Of a stretch of 64,000 bases of DNA, positions 24,207 through 37,647 are shown piece after piece (within the stretch, counting starts at the first letter, position 1; each line of letters opens with the position of its first letter). The notes beneath the pieces were generated by a model. The model saw nothing but the letters and a program-made list of their open reading frames with translations, was not told the DNA's origin and did no database searches. The translations under genes were made by a program, and so were the position numbers. This stretch comes from Malacoraja senta (lineage: Eukaryota). Location of the stretch: contig JAXLNO010005102.1 in the NCBI GenBank assembly GCA_038087875.1, positions 124,001 to 188,000 on the forward strand, written 5' to 3'.

Positions 24207-24789
24207 AGGGGAAGAGATAAAACAAATTCATTGCAAGTTACACAGAAGGTGTCCTGGAACACAATTAACATTCCCATTCTGACAAATGGTGTTTGATATC
24301 AGATTCTTAGCATTTGCAGATGTTTGCTCTAGTTTACTGTTATATAATGGTAACGCCTTTTAAGAGCCATGTGGAAAGTTAACACCTTCTGTGCTACATT
24401 GTAAAAGTTGTCAAAATAGGGACATTTCATGGGGAACACCTGGCTAAACGTTAGGCCACTTTCAATGGTACACAGGGAAAATCAGCAATGCCGCTCTGTG
24501 AAATTCACAAAGTTGTCTTTGTCCCTACAACTTTCACAAACAGCTTAAGGGAACAGGAAACAATATTTTAAAGTACAGAGCAATTTCCAAGCTAATCTGT
24601 GATTGTTGCTGCTTTCAAATAGTGAGCAGCATCGACTCAAGAAGAAATTGGCAAGGCTGAGCACGACGTACAGCCTGGAATTTGGAAACCGTTATCCACA
24701 AACCTAACACCTGATGGCTGTTTTGTCCATTGCAGCAAGTTTGAATGTAGAAATTGGTTTTAATCTTCTTGGGCAACATTTTCGCTCAG

Positions 24790-25150
24790 AAGATAGAAAC
24801 AGAAAATAGGTGCAAGAGTAGGCCATTCGGCTCTTCGAGCCAGCACCGCCATTCAATATGATCATGGCTGATCATCCAGAATCAGTACCCCGTTCCTGCT
24901 TTCTCCCTATATCCCTTGATACCATTAGCCCCAATGTTAAGATAGTCTATATCTAAAAAGATCTGCTAGAGGAAGTTATAAAAGAGGATAAAGTTACGAC
25001 TTTCAAAAAACATTTGGACAGATATATGGATTGGAGGGGTGTAGAAAGCTATAGGCCAAATGCAGGCAAGTGGGACTCACCCCATATCCCACCTTGGCTG
25101 GTATGGACAAGGTCAGCTGACAGGCCTGTTTTTGTGCTGCATTGCTCTTG
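24790..25150. mobile_element. Two short CR1 3'-end fragments in opposite orientations
   Basis: 24790-24935 matches the 36090 and 44800 family tail (minus); 24960-25150 is a plus-strand CR1 3' UTR. Confidence 0.7.
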
Positions 25151-25549
25151 GGCTCTATAAAACCATTGTGAATCAGCACCAAATGCGGGCACCTGATAAT
25201 CTGCTGATCCAGATTAAATTGAAAAGAAAGCATCAAATACTCATGGGAGATGTTTATAACTAAGCACGTTGTTTAATCCAGTTTAATAATGTACAAGTTA
25301 ATATATACTATCCCGTGCTGTCCCTCCAACTCTGTGGGAAACATCTGAGGGAAATGTATACCACTATGCCCAAATAATAGTTTAGTTTAGTTTATTTTTG
25401 CCACATGCACTGAGGTACAGTGAAAAGCTTTTTGTTCTGTGCTCTCCAGTCTACGAAAAGACTATACATGATTACAATCACCGTCCACAGTGTACTGATA
25501 CAGAATATAGGGTATAACATTTAGGGCAAGATAAAGTTCATTAAAGATA

Positions 25550-25732
25550 TACACAAAACCGCTAGAGTAACTCAGCGGGTCAGGCAGCATCTCTGGAGAA
25601 AAAGGATAGGTCCCGACCAGAGACGTCACCAATCCTTTTTCTCCAGAGATGCTGCCTGACCCGCTGAGTTACTCCAGCACTCTGTGTCTTCTCTTTGGTA
25701 TAAAACAGCAACCGCAGTTCTTTGTTTCTCCA
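25550..25732. mobile_element. Penelope-derived mini-element forming an inverted repeat with about 60-bp arms
   Basis: gagtaactcagcgggtcaggcagcatctctggagaaaaagga ... tcctttttctccagagatgctgcctgacccgctgagttactc; ttaaagata occurs on both sides. Confidence 0.75.
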
Positions 25733-27738
25733 TTTAAAGATAGTTCAAATGTCTCCATTGAGGTTGATGGGAGGTAAGGAAAGCATTCCATCAATAGGAA
25801 AAAAATAAGTCGAACTAATAAAAGTATGAATTAGGATTCACTTCACTGAACTCTGTCTATTTAGCACCCAAATTGATTTTACAGTCTGTAAGTTTACCAT
25901 GCCAGTTATTAAAACTGAGTCCCTTTTAATAGCACTCAAGCCTGTTCTCAAAGGGTTGTTCAGAGTTGTTACCATGCCAACATAAACATGTAACATCCTG
26001 CTTTGATATAATGCAAAATCTAGTTTGATTCATACCACTGTATTTTCCATCCATTGCAGCTTCCAGTTGGACGGGGATGATAAGGTGAAAGTGTTACAAC
26101 TGGTTCTTCTGACCTGTGAGCAGTTATCACAGTGGATCACGCATTCACAGAGCTGCATGGTGAAATGATGTGAGGAATGCGTCACGGCCTGTATATATTC
26201 ACAACAATACATCTTAAAGAAGTGATTTTAACCTTCCCCGAAAAATTATATTGCCATATAACTGAAATGTTAATTGCAGGAAACAAAGATGTTGCTGTAA
26301 GTTATTGCATAATTTATATATAATCAATTAAATATAATTTTGAAGTCATTTTACAGGATGGTAGACTGTACCTTTTTGGTCCCAGTGTTCCCCTGTAGTT
26401 TGACTACCTCATAGACATGAAATCTTGTTTTCTCATGGGACCTACGCTCTCTGCTAAGACAGTTAAAGTCCACACTGCAGTGTTTGCAAGCTGAATCTCA
26501 CAGCATATGACCCTTGACTACAGTTATGTATTGCAATATCACGTTATTCTCTGCTTTTATTTCAATGATGCTAATATTTTGGAACCCCTTGCCGATGTTT
26601 ATTCCAATTGGAAAAAAAACAATATTGTGGTAAAAGTCCATGTTTTGTCATTCTCATTGCGTGTATTGCTAATGAAAAATCTAGAGATTGTTAATCCTCA
26701 TCACACAACTCTATAATTTGGCCACAATTGACAATTAGAGATAGAAAGATGATTAAACGGGCAAATTGGAATGTCTGAATTAATAAGAGTGATGAATATA
26801 AGATTAACCTATTGTTGCACAGTTTTGCATCTTCCCCATGTCTCAGTTTGTCCAGGACTGCGCAGTGCTACAGTGCAAAATGTTCCTCTCCCTACTACTG
26901 ACATCCCTCAGTTTAATGTGGCAAAAAAATGTTCATGAAAACTAAGTCCCTGTACTCGCTGATTGCAGTTCATTCTTTGAAGAAAGCAATTGTATATGAC
27001 AAGTGAGGATAAAGAAATTTTCATTGGAGCCTTGGAATCCTTTTGAGATGTAAGTAAGATTAAATATTTGTGTCAGACTAAAATCAATTTCTAACAAATG
27101 TAAACACAATAATGCATATAATATAAATCACAATATAAATCAAAACAGCTTTTTTTGAATTATTCCTCTTCAAATATCATAACCATTTTACAGCCATATA
27201 TTTGATAGAAAAGGAGCAGGAAAAATACTGCAGTTGGAACAATTAAGTAAATTTTTTGAAGAGCCAACACAGGCACAATAAACTAAAATAAACACTGTGA
27301 TTGTAATATTCAATCAATTGGTAATCTCAAACCAAATATTATGCACGGTTTCATACAGGGCCTAGTTATTTCTAGTCCTGAATTAAAGGAACATATAAGA
27401 GCTTACATTGGGACTCATAATAGCAATGCAGGTCACAGCCAGACATCAGAGTGAATGTAGGATGATGTTAATTCTCCATCCCTCAGGTCACAGACCCGCC
27501 TGTCTGTGACCTGTATTGTTATAACAAGTCCTAATGTAAGCTTGAAGAACAGCAGCACATCTAGCACTGCGCTTTGTTGGAGCATTCTAGACTCAATGTC
27601 AAATTCAACAATTACAAATACCTTTTCATATCAGAACAGTCCAGTTCAATTGTGGGTTACCCATCTCTGAAACATACTTAGACACAAAATGCTGGAGTAA
27701 CTCAGCGGGACAGGCAGCATCTCTGGAAAGAAGGAATG

Positions 27739-27772
27739 GGCGACGTTTCGGGTCGAGACCCTTCTTCAGACT
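27739..27772 (-). ncRNA. Minimal type-I hammerhead ribozyme-like motif in a Penelope terminal repeat
   Basis: Minus strand reads AGU CUGAAGA A GGGU-CUCG-ACCC GAAA CG UC GCC. Confidence 0.65.
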
Positions 27773-27994
27773 GATACTTACCTGTTCTTTCTGCACCTGC
27801 ATTGACTTGATATACAGGCCATTTCCTACAGCTCTGGCCTTCATTTCACAGGTTTTACAATCAACCAGATTGTTTCAGGAACAATTTATTACCCCAGCAC
27901 ACCTGGCGATCAAAAATATTTCCTGTGGCTTCATCCTCTCTGTAATTAAAATGGACTTTCCTACTCCTCCTCTAGACCTCCTTGCCTGTGAATA

Positions 27995-29328
27995 TGAATG
28001 AATGAATATAACTTTAATTGTCATTCAGGTATACACATAGACACAGTGCACATTGAACAAAATTCCGTTGCATTGACTCTTCAAAGTAACAGCGATCAGT
28101 AAAAGTGTCCATAAAAAGTGCTTCATGTGCATAGTTAAAAAAGGAAAGTTTTTAAAAGTGGCAATGTATAAGAAAGTTTTTTGCATTGGTTTGACTGTGA
28201 GTTCAATAATCTTATGGCCTGGGGGATGAAGCTGTTGCAGAACCTGGTTGTCCGGCCCTTCATGCTGCGGTACCTCCTCCCAGAGTTCAGCAGTGTAAAC
28301 AGTCCATATTGTGGGTGTGTGGGGGCTCTGGTAATGCCCTTAGCTCTTGACAGACAGCGTTTGTAACCAATGTCCATGATGGAGGGAAGAGAAGTCCCAA
28401 TGATTTTTTCCGCTGTCCTCACCACTCTCTGAAGGCACTTCCAGTCCGCAGCTGTACAGCCGCCACACCACATAGAGATGCAGCTGGTCATGACTGATTC
28501 AATGGTGCTTCTGTAGAATGTGGTGAGGATGGGAGGGTGGAGGTGTGATCTTCTCATCCTGCGGAGGAAGTACAAACGCTGCTGTGCCCGTTTTACCAGA
28601 GATGTGATGTTTGTAGTCCAAGTTAAGGTATCCGTAATATGCACACCCAGGAACTTGATGCTTTTCACCTGCTCCACTGCTAAGTTGTTGATGCACAGCG
28701 GAGTGTGACTGGGATGATTTTTCTTTCTGAAGTCGACGACCATCTCCTTGGTTTTGTCCACATTTAGGAGAAGGTTGTTCCTGCTGCACCAGCTCACCGG
28801 CTGCTCCACCTCCTCTCTGTATGCCTGGTCGTCGTTGTTCCGGATGAGGCCCACTACTGTTGTGTCATCCGCGTATTTGATGATATGGTTAGTAGTGGAC
28901 TTGGCGACACAGTCATGTGTCATCAATGTGAAGAGCAGCGGACTCAGGACACAGCCCTGAGGGGAGCCGGTGCTCAGTGTGATGACCGAGGAGGTGTTCT
29001 TCCCCACCCGCACAGACTGGGGTCTTTCAGAAAGGAAATCCAGGATCCAGTTGCATAGTGTGGTATTGAATCCTAGGGGTGCCAGTTTGCTCACCAAATG
29101 CTGGGGGATTATCGTATTGAATGCTGAGCTGAAGTCAACAAACAGCATCCGCACGTTGGTGTTCTTCTCCTCCAGGTGTTGTAGGCTCAGGTGGACTGCA
29201 GAGGCGATAGCATCCTCTGTGGAGTGGTTCGGGCGATAAGCAAACTGGAACGGGTCAAAGCTGGGGGGTAGCTTAGAGACCATGTGCTGCTTAATAAGCC
29301 TCTCAAAGCACTTCATTATTATTGGTGT
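27995..29328 (-). mobile_element. Rex1/Babar-like LINE, 5'-truncated, with uninterrupted 393-aa RT C-terminus (28135-29316)
   Basis: [41 protein letters not shown] and AQQRLYFLR motifs; (ATTC)n tail. Confidence 0.92.
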
Positions 29329-29682
29329 GTGGATCTATTATCTGCCAGGCTTTGTCCTGTTCCTCCTCTCTTCCAGCTTTCTTTGCCCCCCCCCCAAATT
29401 ACAATCAGTCTTAAGAAGGGTCCCAACCTGAAAGTCAGCGGGACAGGCAGCCTGTGTTTTCCTGAGATGTTGCCTACTCCAGCACACTGTCTTCTTTTGT
29501 AAACCAGCTTTGCAGTTCCTTGTTTCTTATTTGCTTTCTTTATTTCCTAATTGTAAACCAGGGTCTTTGATCTAAGAACGTTAACTCTTTCCACAGATGC
29601 TGCTTGACCCGCTGAATCTTTCCAACATTTTCTGTTTTTATTTCGGATTTCTAACAACTGCAATCTTTTGATTTTCATTCAG

Positions 29683-29697
29683 CTGCACAAAGTTTAA
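29683..29697 (+). CDS. VWDE: Candidate terminal VWDE coding exon (LHKV*) followed by AT-rich putative 3' UTR
   Basis: Pyrimidine tract ttttgattttcattcag| then CTG CAC AAA GTT TAA; about 700 bp of repeat-poor AT-rich sequence with AATAAA near 29936 follows. Alternative acceptors exist near 23486-23492. Confidence 0.3.
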   Translation: MHKV

Positions 29698-30439
29698 TTT
29701 TAAAATTTCGCCTTTCACTTTTGATTCTGAAAAAAAAACACGTTTTTATTCCATTAATTAACGCAAATGTAAAGTATGGGTGCTTACAAATCTGTTACTG
29801 GCCACAAGTCTGAGACACTGAATTAAAGGAATATTGGCAACTCCTTATAAAGTAACATGACATAAAGTGTAAGTTAAGAAAAAATTCTTAATAGGGTAGA
29901 TAGAGCAATAGCATTGCTATACTGAGTTTTTCCCCAATAAAAAAAAATGCTATTTTTAAACCTTTACATTGAAATTGTCTACATAGTTTGTTACACGAGG
30001 AGAATTGGAACCAAGCTCTAATTGTATCCTAGTGTTCAGCTTACATTTATTCAGAGCAGAAAATTGCACAATCTTATACATTTAATGGTCAATCCATCAA
30101 TATTCAGCAGCAACTGTGGAGACAAACAATGCATGGACATTTTTTTCCCATAAATTCCACTCTTTTATAACAAACTAACTTATTGGTTTAATGAAAATAT
30201 TCATTTTATGAAAATGTTTTTGTACAATTTGCTGATGTACAGTATATAAAACAAGAAATTGAGTATATCCATAATCATAATGTTTAAAACCAAATTTGTA
30301 ATATTTCTAGTTAATTTGTGAAAACTAATATTGTGATGTATATAGACAGTGCTCAAATGGATTTACCATACATGTAATTATATAAAATGTTCATAAAAAC
30401 AACCTAAAGTATTATTTTGGTCTTTTTGTGCCATCAAAA

Positions 30440-30965
30440 AGTATTGGTTATGCTGGTACACCACGTTTGGAGTTCTGGTTGCTGCATTACTGGAAGAACG
30501 TGGAAGCTTTGGAGAGGGTTCAAAAGAAGGTTTATCATGACGCTGCATGGATTAGAGGGTATTAGTTATCAGGAGATTATGTCCTAGCTTGCATTGTTTT
30601 CTCTAGAGCATAGGGAAATCCTACAGATGTTCATGCACAGACCTGGCAGGCTGTCAGAATCCTTTTCCCACAATGAGAACATCGCTCTGAGATGTGAGGG
30701 GGATGTTTAAAGGACATACAGTATGCGGGGCAATTTTTTTACATGCAGTCGTAGGTTCCAGGAACGTGTTGCTAGGGACGCTGGTGGAAATAGATACGAT
30801 AGTAACTTCTACAGGGCTTTCAGATAGGCACATAAATCTGTGAGTAATGGAAGGATATGGATTATTTGCAAGCGGAAGGTATTAATTCAATTTGGCATTA
30901 TGTTCAACACAGACATTTGTAGACTCAAGGATCCATTCTTGTGCAGTACTGTTCTGTGTTCTATC
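30440..30965 (+). mobile_element. Old CR1 3' fragment
   Basis: Degenerate LVRP.LE, LERVQ and 3' UTR similarity. Confidence 0.6.
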
Positions 30966-32184
30966 TGAATAGAGAGGTTCCTCTGAGGCAATGAAGCAAG
31001 ACTCCAGGAGATGACAATAGCCCATTCCTCATAATTGCATCAGTGGCCAACAATTTAGCTTGGTATAATTGGAAATGCCCTGCTCACTCAGGAGCTTGTT
31101 AAAGTACTGCAGCAAATCTATTTCCACCACTATGCAATATTCTATTCCAGCAGCAATAACCACTTCAATACTCTCCCAATTACAATTTGAGGAGAAAATT
31201 GGACATGAATGACGAGCAGATATACTGTATTGTGCCCTTGAAGATAGAACTGCTAACTGCATCAATTTGCTTTCCAGAAGGCAGGGTAAAGTTTATGTTT
31301 TACCAAGACTGCAGCCTTCAGTTCCAAAATATTTAAATATCAATGGAAATATAGTTATAAATTAATTGATAAATTAAAGGAGAAGGATATAACATTATGT
31401 ACATAATTTGCACTGAGCTATAATTCGGACAGATTGTCACTTTCTGACAGTCTATACATGCTGTAATTACCGTGGGGAAGAGGTGAAGATAAAAGCTGAG
31501 CTAGGCTGAAAATAGAGCTTATGTACTAAATTATTGCGTTGGGTGCTGGCTGGTGCTTACTGAACTATGGCAGAATTCTCTGCTTCACAAGAAAAACAAC
31601 CACAAAGAGCTGAGTCCAAATTTTCCATAATACTGACTTTGCAATTTGCAATTGTAATGGTTTGCTTTGGAGTTTGTGATGAATGGGCTAAGGAAAATAG
31701 GAGTGGACATGAAAACGAACTGAGGTTAGCTTGGTCAGCATTCAGGGCAACATCACATTACTGTTTTCCACTTTACCATTAGATTCAAATATTGAAGAGT
31801 GCGAAAAAGAGTTTTGACTGTTTCCCAATACTTCACATCAGTAGACAATAGTCTTAAGTCGGTAACACTGTTGGCAGCAGATCCTGAATTTTTCTCTGGC
31901 ATTAATTGTAGCCTATGGGCTTCAAAGAAACGCTGAAAAATCATGTCTTCGGAGTTCAGTGCAGCAAATATCAATAAACAAATTTCAGCCTGAGGAAAGA
32001 AAACATCAGGCAGACACTCCAGTGCATGATAGAGAACATGAGGTTGAGATTTCAATGTTTTCATCGCTCCCTCCTTTCCCAATTCAAAACTGAATATTCA
32101 GTTTATTTGTTAGCAGGACTATTCTCACAAATGATACCGATAGAATTGGCTCAATAGTGGCATCTAAGATGCTTTTAAATAGCC

Positions 32185-32670
32185 ACATGTATAAAATTAT
32201 GAGAGGAATAGATCGGGTAGATGCACAGAGTTTCTTGCCCAGAATAGGTGAATCGAGGACCAGAGGACATAGGTTTAAGGTGAAGGGGAAAAGGTTTAAT
32301 AGGAATCTGAGGGGTAACTTTTTCACACAAAGGGTGGTGGGTGTATGGAACAAGTTGCCAATAGGTAGTTGAGGCTTGGACAAGAAACAGTTAGACAGGT
32401 ACATGGATAGGACAGGTTTGGAGGGATATGAACCAAATGCGGGCAGGTGGGATTGGTGTAGCTGGGTCATGTTGGCTAGTGTGGGCAAGTTGGGCTGAAA
32501 GCCCTGTTTCCACACTGTATCACTCTATGATTCTATGGATATGCAGGGAATGGAAGGATTTAGATCACATGCAGGCAGAGGAAATTAATTTAAGTTGGCA
32601 TCATGTTTGGCACTGACATTATGAGCCAAAGAACCTGTTCCAATGTGGTACAGTTCTATGTTCACTATGT
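32185..32670 (+). mobile_element. CR1 3' fragments
   Basis: YKIMRGIDRVD...RTRGH.FKV.G.RF...FFTQRVV.WN plus 3' UTR. Confidence 0.85.
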
Positions 32671-33210
32671 AATCATTGTTTGAAAAGTGCATGGCAAGTC
32701 ACCCTCTGCTTGCTGGGCCATTTGGGAAGACAGATATCAATTAACCACATTACTGTAGTGTTTCAGTCATGGATCCCGGCAGGTCTTAATTAAAGCCAAT
32801 GGGTTTTCATGCAGAAGTTGCATGGTTTTATTTTAAAATAATTTTAGATTAATTAAATGAATATGAAGTCCCCTGCTTTCTGGATTTTAAATCAGATGAT
32901 TAGACTAAACTTTTGGATTACAAATCAAATAATGTAATCCCACATAACAAATTACAATTGAATCCACTCAGTCAAAGTACCTCATAAAAGAGAAGAATCG
33001 AACAACTATAAGAAAGGATGCAGAATCACGATGAATAATAGATGCAGCAGAATTTCCCCATCACTGCGGCAGATAGGTAGCCAGTTTCTGTCTTGTTTGA
33101 TTATAGCCCTTCAAGATAATGGATCCCAAACACTTAACATGTTTTTGTTAAAATAATGACATTGTATAATAATTGTACATGATGAAAGACATGTGTTTGA
33201 TTTGGGAATA

Positions 33211-34826
33211 CAGTGGCTTGCAAAAGTATTCATACCCCTTGAACTTTTCCACATTTTGTCACATTATAACCACAAACGTAAATGTATTTTATTGGGATTT
33301 TATGTGATAGACCAACACAAAGTGGCGCATAATGGTGAAGTGGAAGGAAAATGATACATGGTTTTCAAATTTTTTTACAAATAAAAAACTGAAAAGTGTC
33401 GCGTGCAAAAGTATTCTGCCCCCTTTACTCTGATACCCCTAAATAAAATCCAGTGCAACCAATTGCCTTCAGAAGTCACCTAATTAGTAAATAGAGTCCA
33501 CTTGTGTGTAATCTAATCTCAGTATAAATACAGCTGTTCTGTGAAGGCCTCAGAGGTTTGTTAGAGAACATTAGTGAACAAACAGCATCATGAAGCCCAA
33601 GGAACACACCAGACAGGTCAGGGATAAAGTTGTGGAGAAGTTTAAAGCAGGGTTTGGTTATAAACAAATATCCCAAGCTTTGACATCTCACGGAGCAATG
33701 TTCAATCTATCATCCGAAAATGGAAAGAGTATGGCACAACTGCAAACCTACCAAGACATGGCCGTCCACCTAAACTGACAGGCCGGGCAAGGAGAGTATT
33801 GATCAGAGAAGCAGCCAAGAGGCCCATAGTAACTCTGGAGGAGCTGCAGATATCCACAGCTCAGGTGGGAGAATCTGTCCACAGGACAACTATTAGTCGT
33901 GCACTCCACAAATCGGGCCTTTAAGGAAGAGTGGCAAGAAGAAAGCCATTGTTGAAAAAAAGCCATAAGAAGTCCCGTTTGAAGTTTGCCACAAGCCATG
34001 TGGGGGACACAGCAAACATGTGGAGGAAGGTGCTCTGGTCAGATGAGACCAAAATTGAAGTTTTTGGCCTAAATGCAAAACGCTATGTGTGGCAGAAACC
34101 TAACACTGCACATCACCCTGAACACACCATCCCCACTGTGAAACATGGTGGTGGCAGCATCATGCTGTGGGGATGCTTTTCTTCAGCAGGGACAGGGAAG
34201 CTGGTCAGAGTTGATGGGAAGATGGATGGAGCCAAATACAGGGCAATCTTGGAAGAAAACCTGTTAGAGTCTGCAAAAGACTTGAGACTGGGGCGGAGGT
34301 TCACCTTCCAGCAGGACAACGACCCTAAACATACAGCCAGAGCTACAATGGAATGGTTTAGATCAAAGCATATTCATGTGTTAGAATGGCCCAGTCAAAG
34401 TCCAGATCTAAATCCAATTGAGAATCTCTGGCAAGACTTGAAAATTGCTGTTCACAGACGCTCTCCATCCAATCTGACTGAGCTTGAGCTATTTTGCAAA
34501 GAAGAATGGGCAAAAATTTCAGTCTCTAGATGTGCAAAGCTGGTAGAGACATACCCCAAAAGACTTGCAGCTGTAATTGCAGCGAAAGGTGGTTCTGCAA
34601 AGTATTGACTCAGGGGGGCTGAATACTTTTGCACACGACACTTTTCAGTTTTTTATTTGTAAACAAATTTGAAAACCATGTATCATTTTCCTTCCACTTC
34701 ACAATTATGCACCACTTTGTGTTGGTCTATCACATAAAATCCCAATAAAATACATTTACGTTTGTGGTTGTAACGTGACAAAATGTGGAAAAGTTGAAGG
34801 GGTATGAAAACTTTTGCAAGCCACTG
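33211..34826 (+). mobile_element. Tc1/mariner DD34E transposon (Passport-like), copy 2
   Basis: TA-flanked, same TIRs as copy 1, 1616 bp, near-identical to copy 1. Confidence 0.95.
33590..34608 (+). pseudogene. Tc1 transposase, inactivated in the N-terminal part
   Basis: 1-bp deletion near 33682 and TAA at 33922-33924. DD34E catalytic domain intact (WSDETK, QQDND, PIENLW). Confidence 0.93.
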
Positions 34827-36089
34827 TATATTATAACTTGCACAGGTTGAACACCAATTTTCCAGTAAATGATGGTCCACCCACCCCTATAATCCGGACA
34901 AAATTTATGGGAGCTCAGTTGAAATTCCCTGAGCGGCCACAGGTGGCATAGCGAGTGGCGAGCGCTCTTTCCGGTCGTGTCCCTTGCTGGTGAAAGAATT
35001 ATTTGTTTACATCAAAACATTGAAAACCCTCCTTGGCCTTGTCTATTTCTATTTCTATCTCTGTTGGCTCAACTGTGCTCTCAATCTTCTCTCCTAACTG
35101 TTTTACAAAGACAATACAGGAAAACCTAATTTTAATGGCCCCCTTGTGGATTTTGGATATAGCGGACAGATCTGCCGACCCATTCCCGGCTCCCACCATC
35201 TCTCTGTAAATGGGCCACTGTAAAATGACCTGCCCACCCATCCCTGCCTCCCACCATCACCCCGGCCGTTTACAGCCCCACCTTCCGAGCCCACACCCTA
35301 CTCGCAAGGTGCACCAACAAGCTCTTCTTCATCCACTGCATGGTCCTGAGGAACAGCTGTTGCTGCGGCTCACGTTGTACCCCTGGGGACAGCGCTTTCT
35401 TTGGGCCCCCACCACCGACAGAATGCGCTCGGTCACTGCAGGGCTGCCCCCCCCCCCCCTCCAGCTGCTGTTCCTTGCTGTCGGCAGTGGCTTTATCCGC
35501 AACCGGTTCCACCGCTACCTTTTCCTATCGTTCTTTCCAGTCGGCCTCTTCCCCCTTCTCCTCCTCCCGCTGTGGTCCATTTCAAGTAAACCCTTGTTAT
35601 AACGGACCATAGTAGATGGAGTGGTGTCCGTTATTGCCGATGATGGTTAATAGCACAAAAGGACACAAAATGCTAAAGTAATTCAGCAGGTTAGGACCTC
35701 TGGAGAAAATGGATAGGTGACATCAGGCCCCTTCCTCGGACTGGTTCAGTTAGCTAAGTTACTCCAGCACTTTAACACTCGGCACCGATGCCACTGGTCT
35801 GTGCCTAGTTCACACGGGTATTGTTGAGACTCGTGTTGTAGCCCCTGGGGACAGCAATTTATTCAGGCCTCTGCTAATGACAGGATGCGCTCAGTCACCA
35901 TGGGGCTCACTCCCCACTCACCTGCTGTCACCTCCAAGGTACTTCTTCAGCAACTTTAAAGAAGTAGGAGGCAGCTGCGGTGGGGGAGGCAAGAGGCCGA
36001 CAGGACAGAGCAACAGGAGAAGCAGGCAGCGGAGGTGGCGTGGGGAGCAGCCAAAGCCACTGTTGGCAGCCAAAAACAGCAACAGGTGA

Positions 36090-37440
36090 GAAACATAGAA
36101 ACATAGAAAATAGGTGCAGAAGTAGGCCATTCGGCCCTTCGAGCCTGCACCGCCATTCAATATGATCATGGCTAATCATCCAACTCAGTATCCTGTACCT
36201 GCTTTCTCTCCATACCCTCTGATCCCTTTAGCCACAAGGGCCACATCTAACTCCCTCTTAAATATAGCCAATGAACTGGCCTCAACTACATTCTGTGGCA
36301 GAGAATTCCAGAGATTCACCACTCTCTGTGTAAAAAATGTTTTTCTCATCTCAGTCCTAAAAGATTTCCCCTTTATCCTTAAACTGTGACCCCTTGTTCT
36401 GGACTTCCCCAACATCGGGAACAATCTTCCTGCATCTAGCCTGTCCAACCCCTTAAGAATTTTGTAAGTTTCTATAAGATCCCCCCTCAATCCTCTAAAT
36501 TCTAGCGAGTACAAGCCGAGTCTACCCAGTCTTTCTTCATATGAAAGTCCTGACATCCCAGGAATCAGTCTGGTGAACCTTCTCTGTACTCCCTCTATGG
36601 CAAGAATGTTCTTCCTCAGATTAGGAGACCAAAACTGTACGCAATACTCCAGGTGTGGTCTCACTAAGACCCTGTACAACTGCAGTAGAACCTCCCTGCT
36701 CCTATACTCAAATCCTTTTGCTATGAATGCTAACAGGCCATTCGCTTTCTTCACTGCCTGCTGCACCTGCATGCCTACTTTCAATGACTGGTATATAATG
36801 ACACCCAGGTCTCGTTGCATCTCCCCTTTTCCTAATCGGTCACCATTCAGGTAATAGTCTACTTTCCTGTTTTTGCCACCAAAGTGGATAACCTCACATT
36901 TATCCACATTATACTGCATCTGCCAAACATTTGCCCACTCACCCAGCCTATCCAAGTCACCTTGCAGTCTCCTAGCATCCTTCTCACAGCTAACACTGCC
37001 CCCCAGCTTAGTGTCATCCGCAAACTTGGAGATGTTGCCTTCAATTCCCTCATCCAGTTCATTAATATAAATTGTAAATAGCTGGGGTCCCAGCACTGAG
37101 CCTTGCGGTACCCCACTAGTCACTGCCTGCCATTGTGAAAAGGACCCGTTTACTCCTACTCTTTGCTTCCTGTTTGCCAGCCAGTTCTCTATCCACATCA
37201 ATACTGAACCCCCAATACCGTGTGCTTTAACTTTGTATACTAATCTCTTATGTGGGACCTTGTCGAAAGCCTTCTGAAAGTCCAGATACAACACATCCAC
37301 TGGTTCTGCCCTATCCACTCTACTAGTTACATCCTCGAAAAATTCTATAAGATTCGTCAGACATGATTTACCTTTCGTAAATCCATGCTGACTTTGTCCA
37401 ATGATTTCACCACTTTCCAAATGTGCTGCTATCCCATCTG
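36090..37440 (-). mobile_element. Young 5'-truncated CR1 (HER1-like) with open RT reading frame
   Basis: SQHGF, DFQKAFDKV, GVPQGS and FADD motifs in ORF 36185-37456; (TTTCTATG)n tail. Confidence 0.93.
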
Positions 37441-37442
37441 TC

Positions 37443-37647
37443 TGGCATTCACCCAATCCGTTTCATGCAATTTACACCTAATTGTCAGAATCTGCAGTTG
37501 TTCCATTCTCTTCCTGCAACTCTTACAAGCTGCAGCTTGTCCCATTTCTGCAGGAGACACATTTAAATTGACCAAATGGCCTAGCAGCCCAGAATTCTTT
37601 ACTCCATTTTAGTGTCCTGGCCTCTCCAATTTGGCCAGAATTAATAG
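37443..37647 (-). mobile_element. Partial LTR, same family as 16211-16977
   Basis: Aligns by eye with 16750-16977. Confidence 0.75.
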
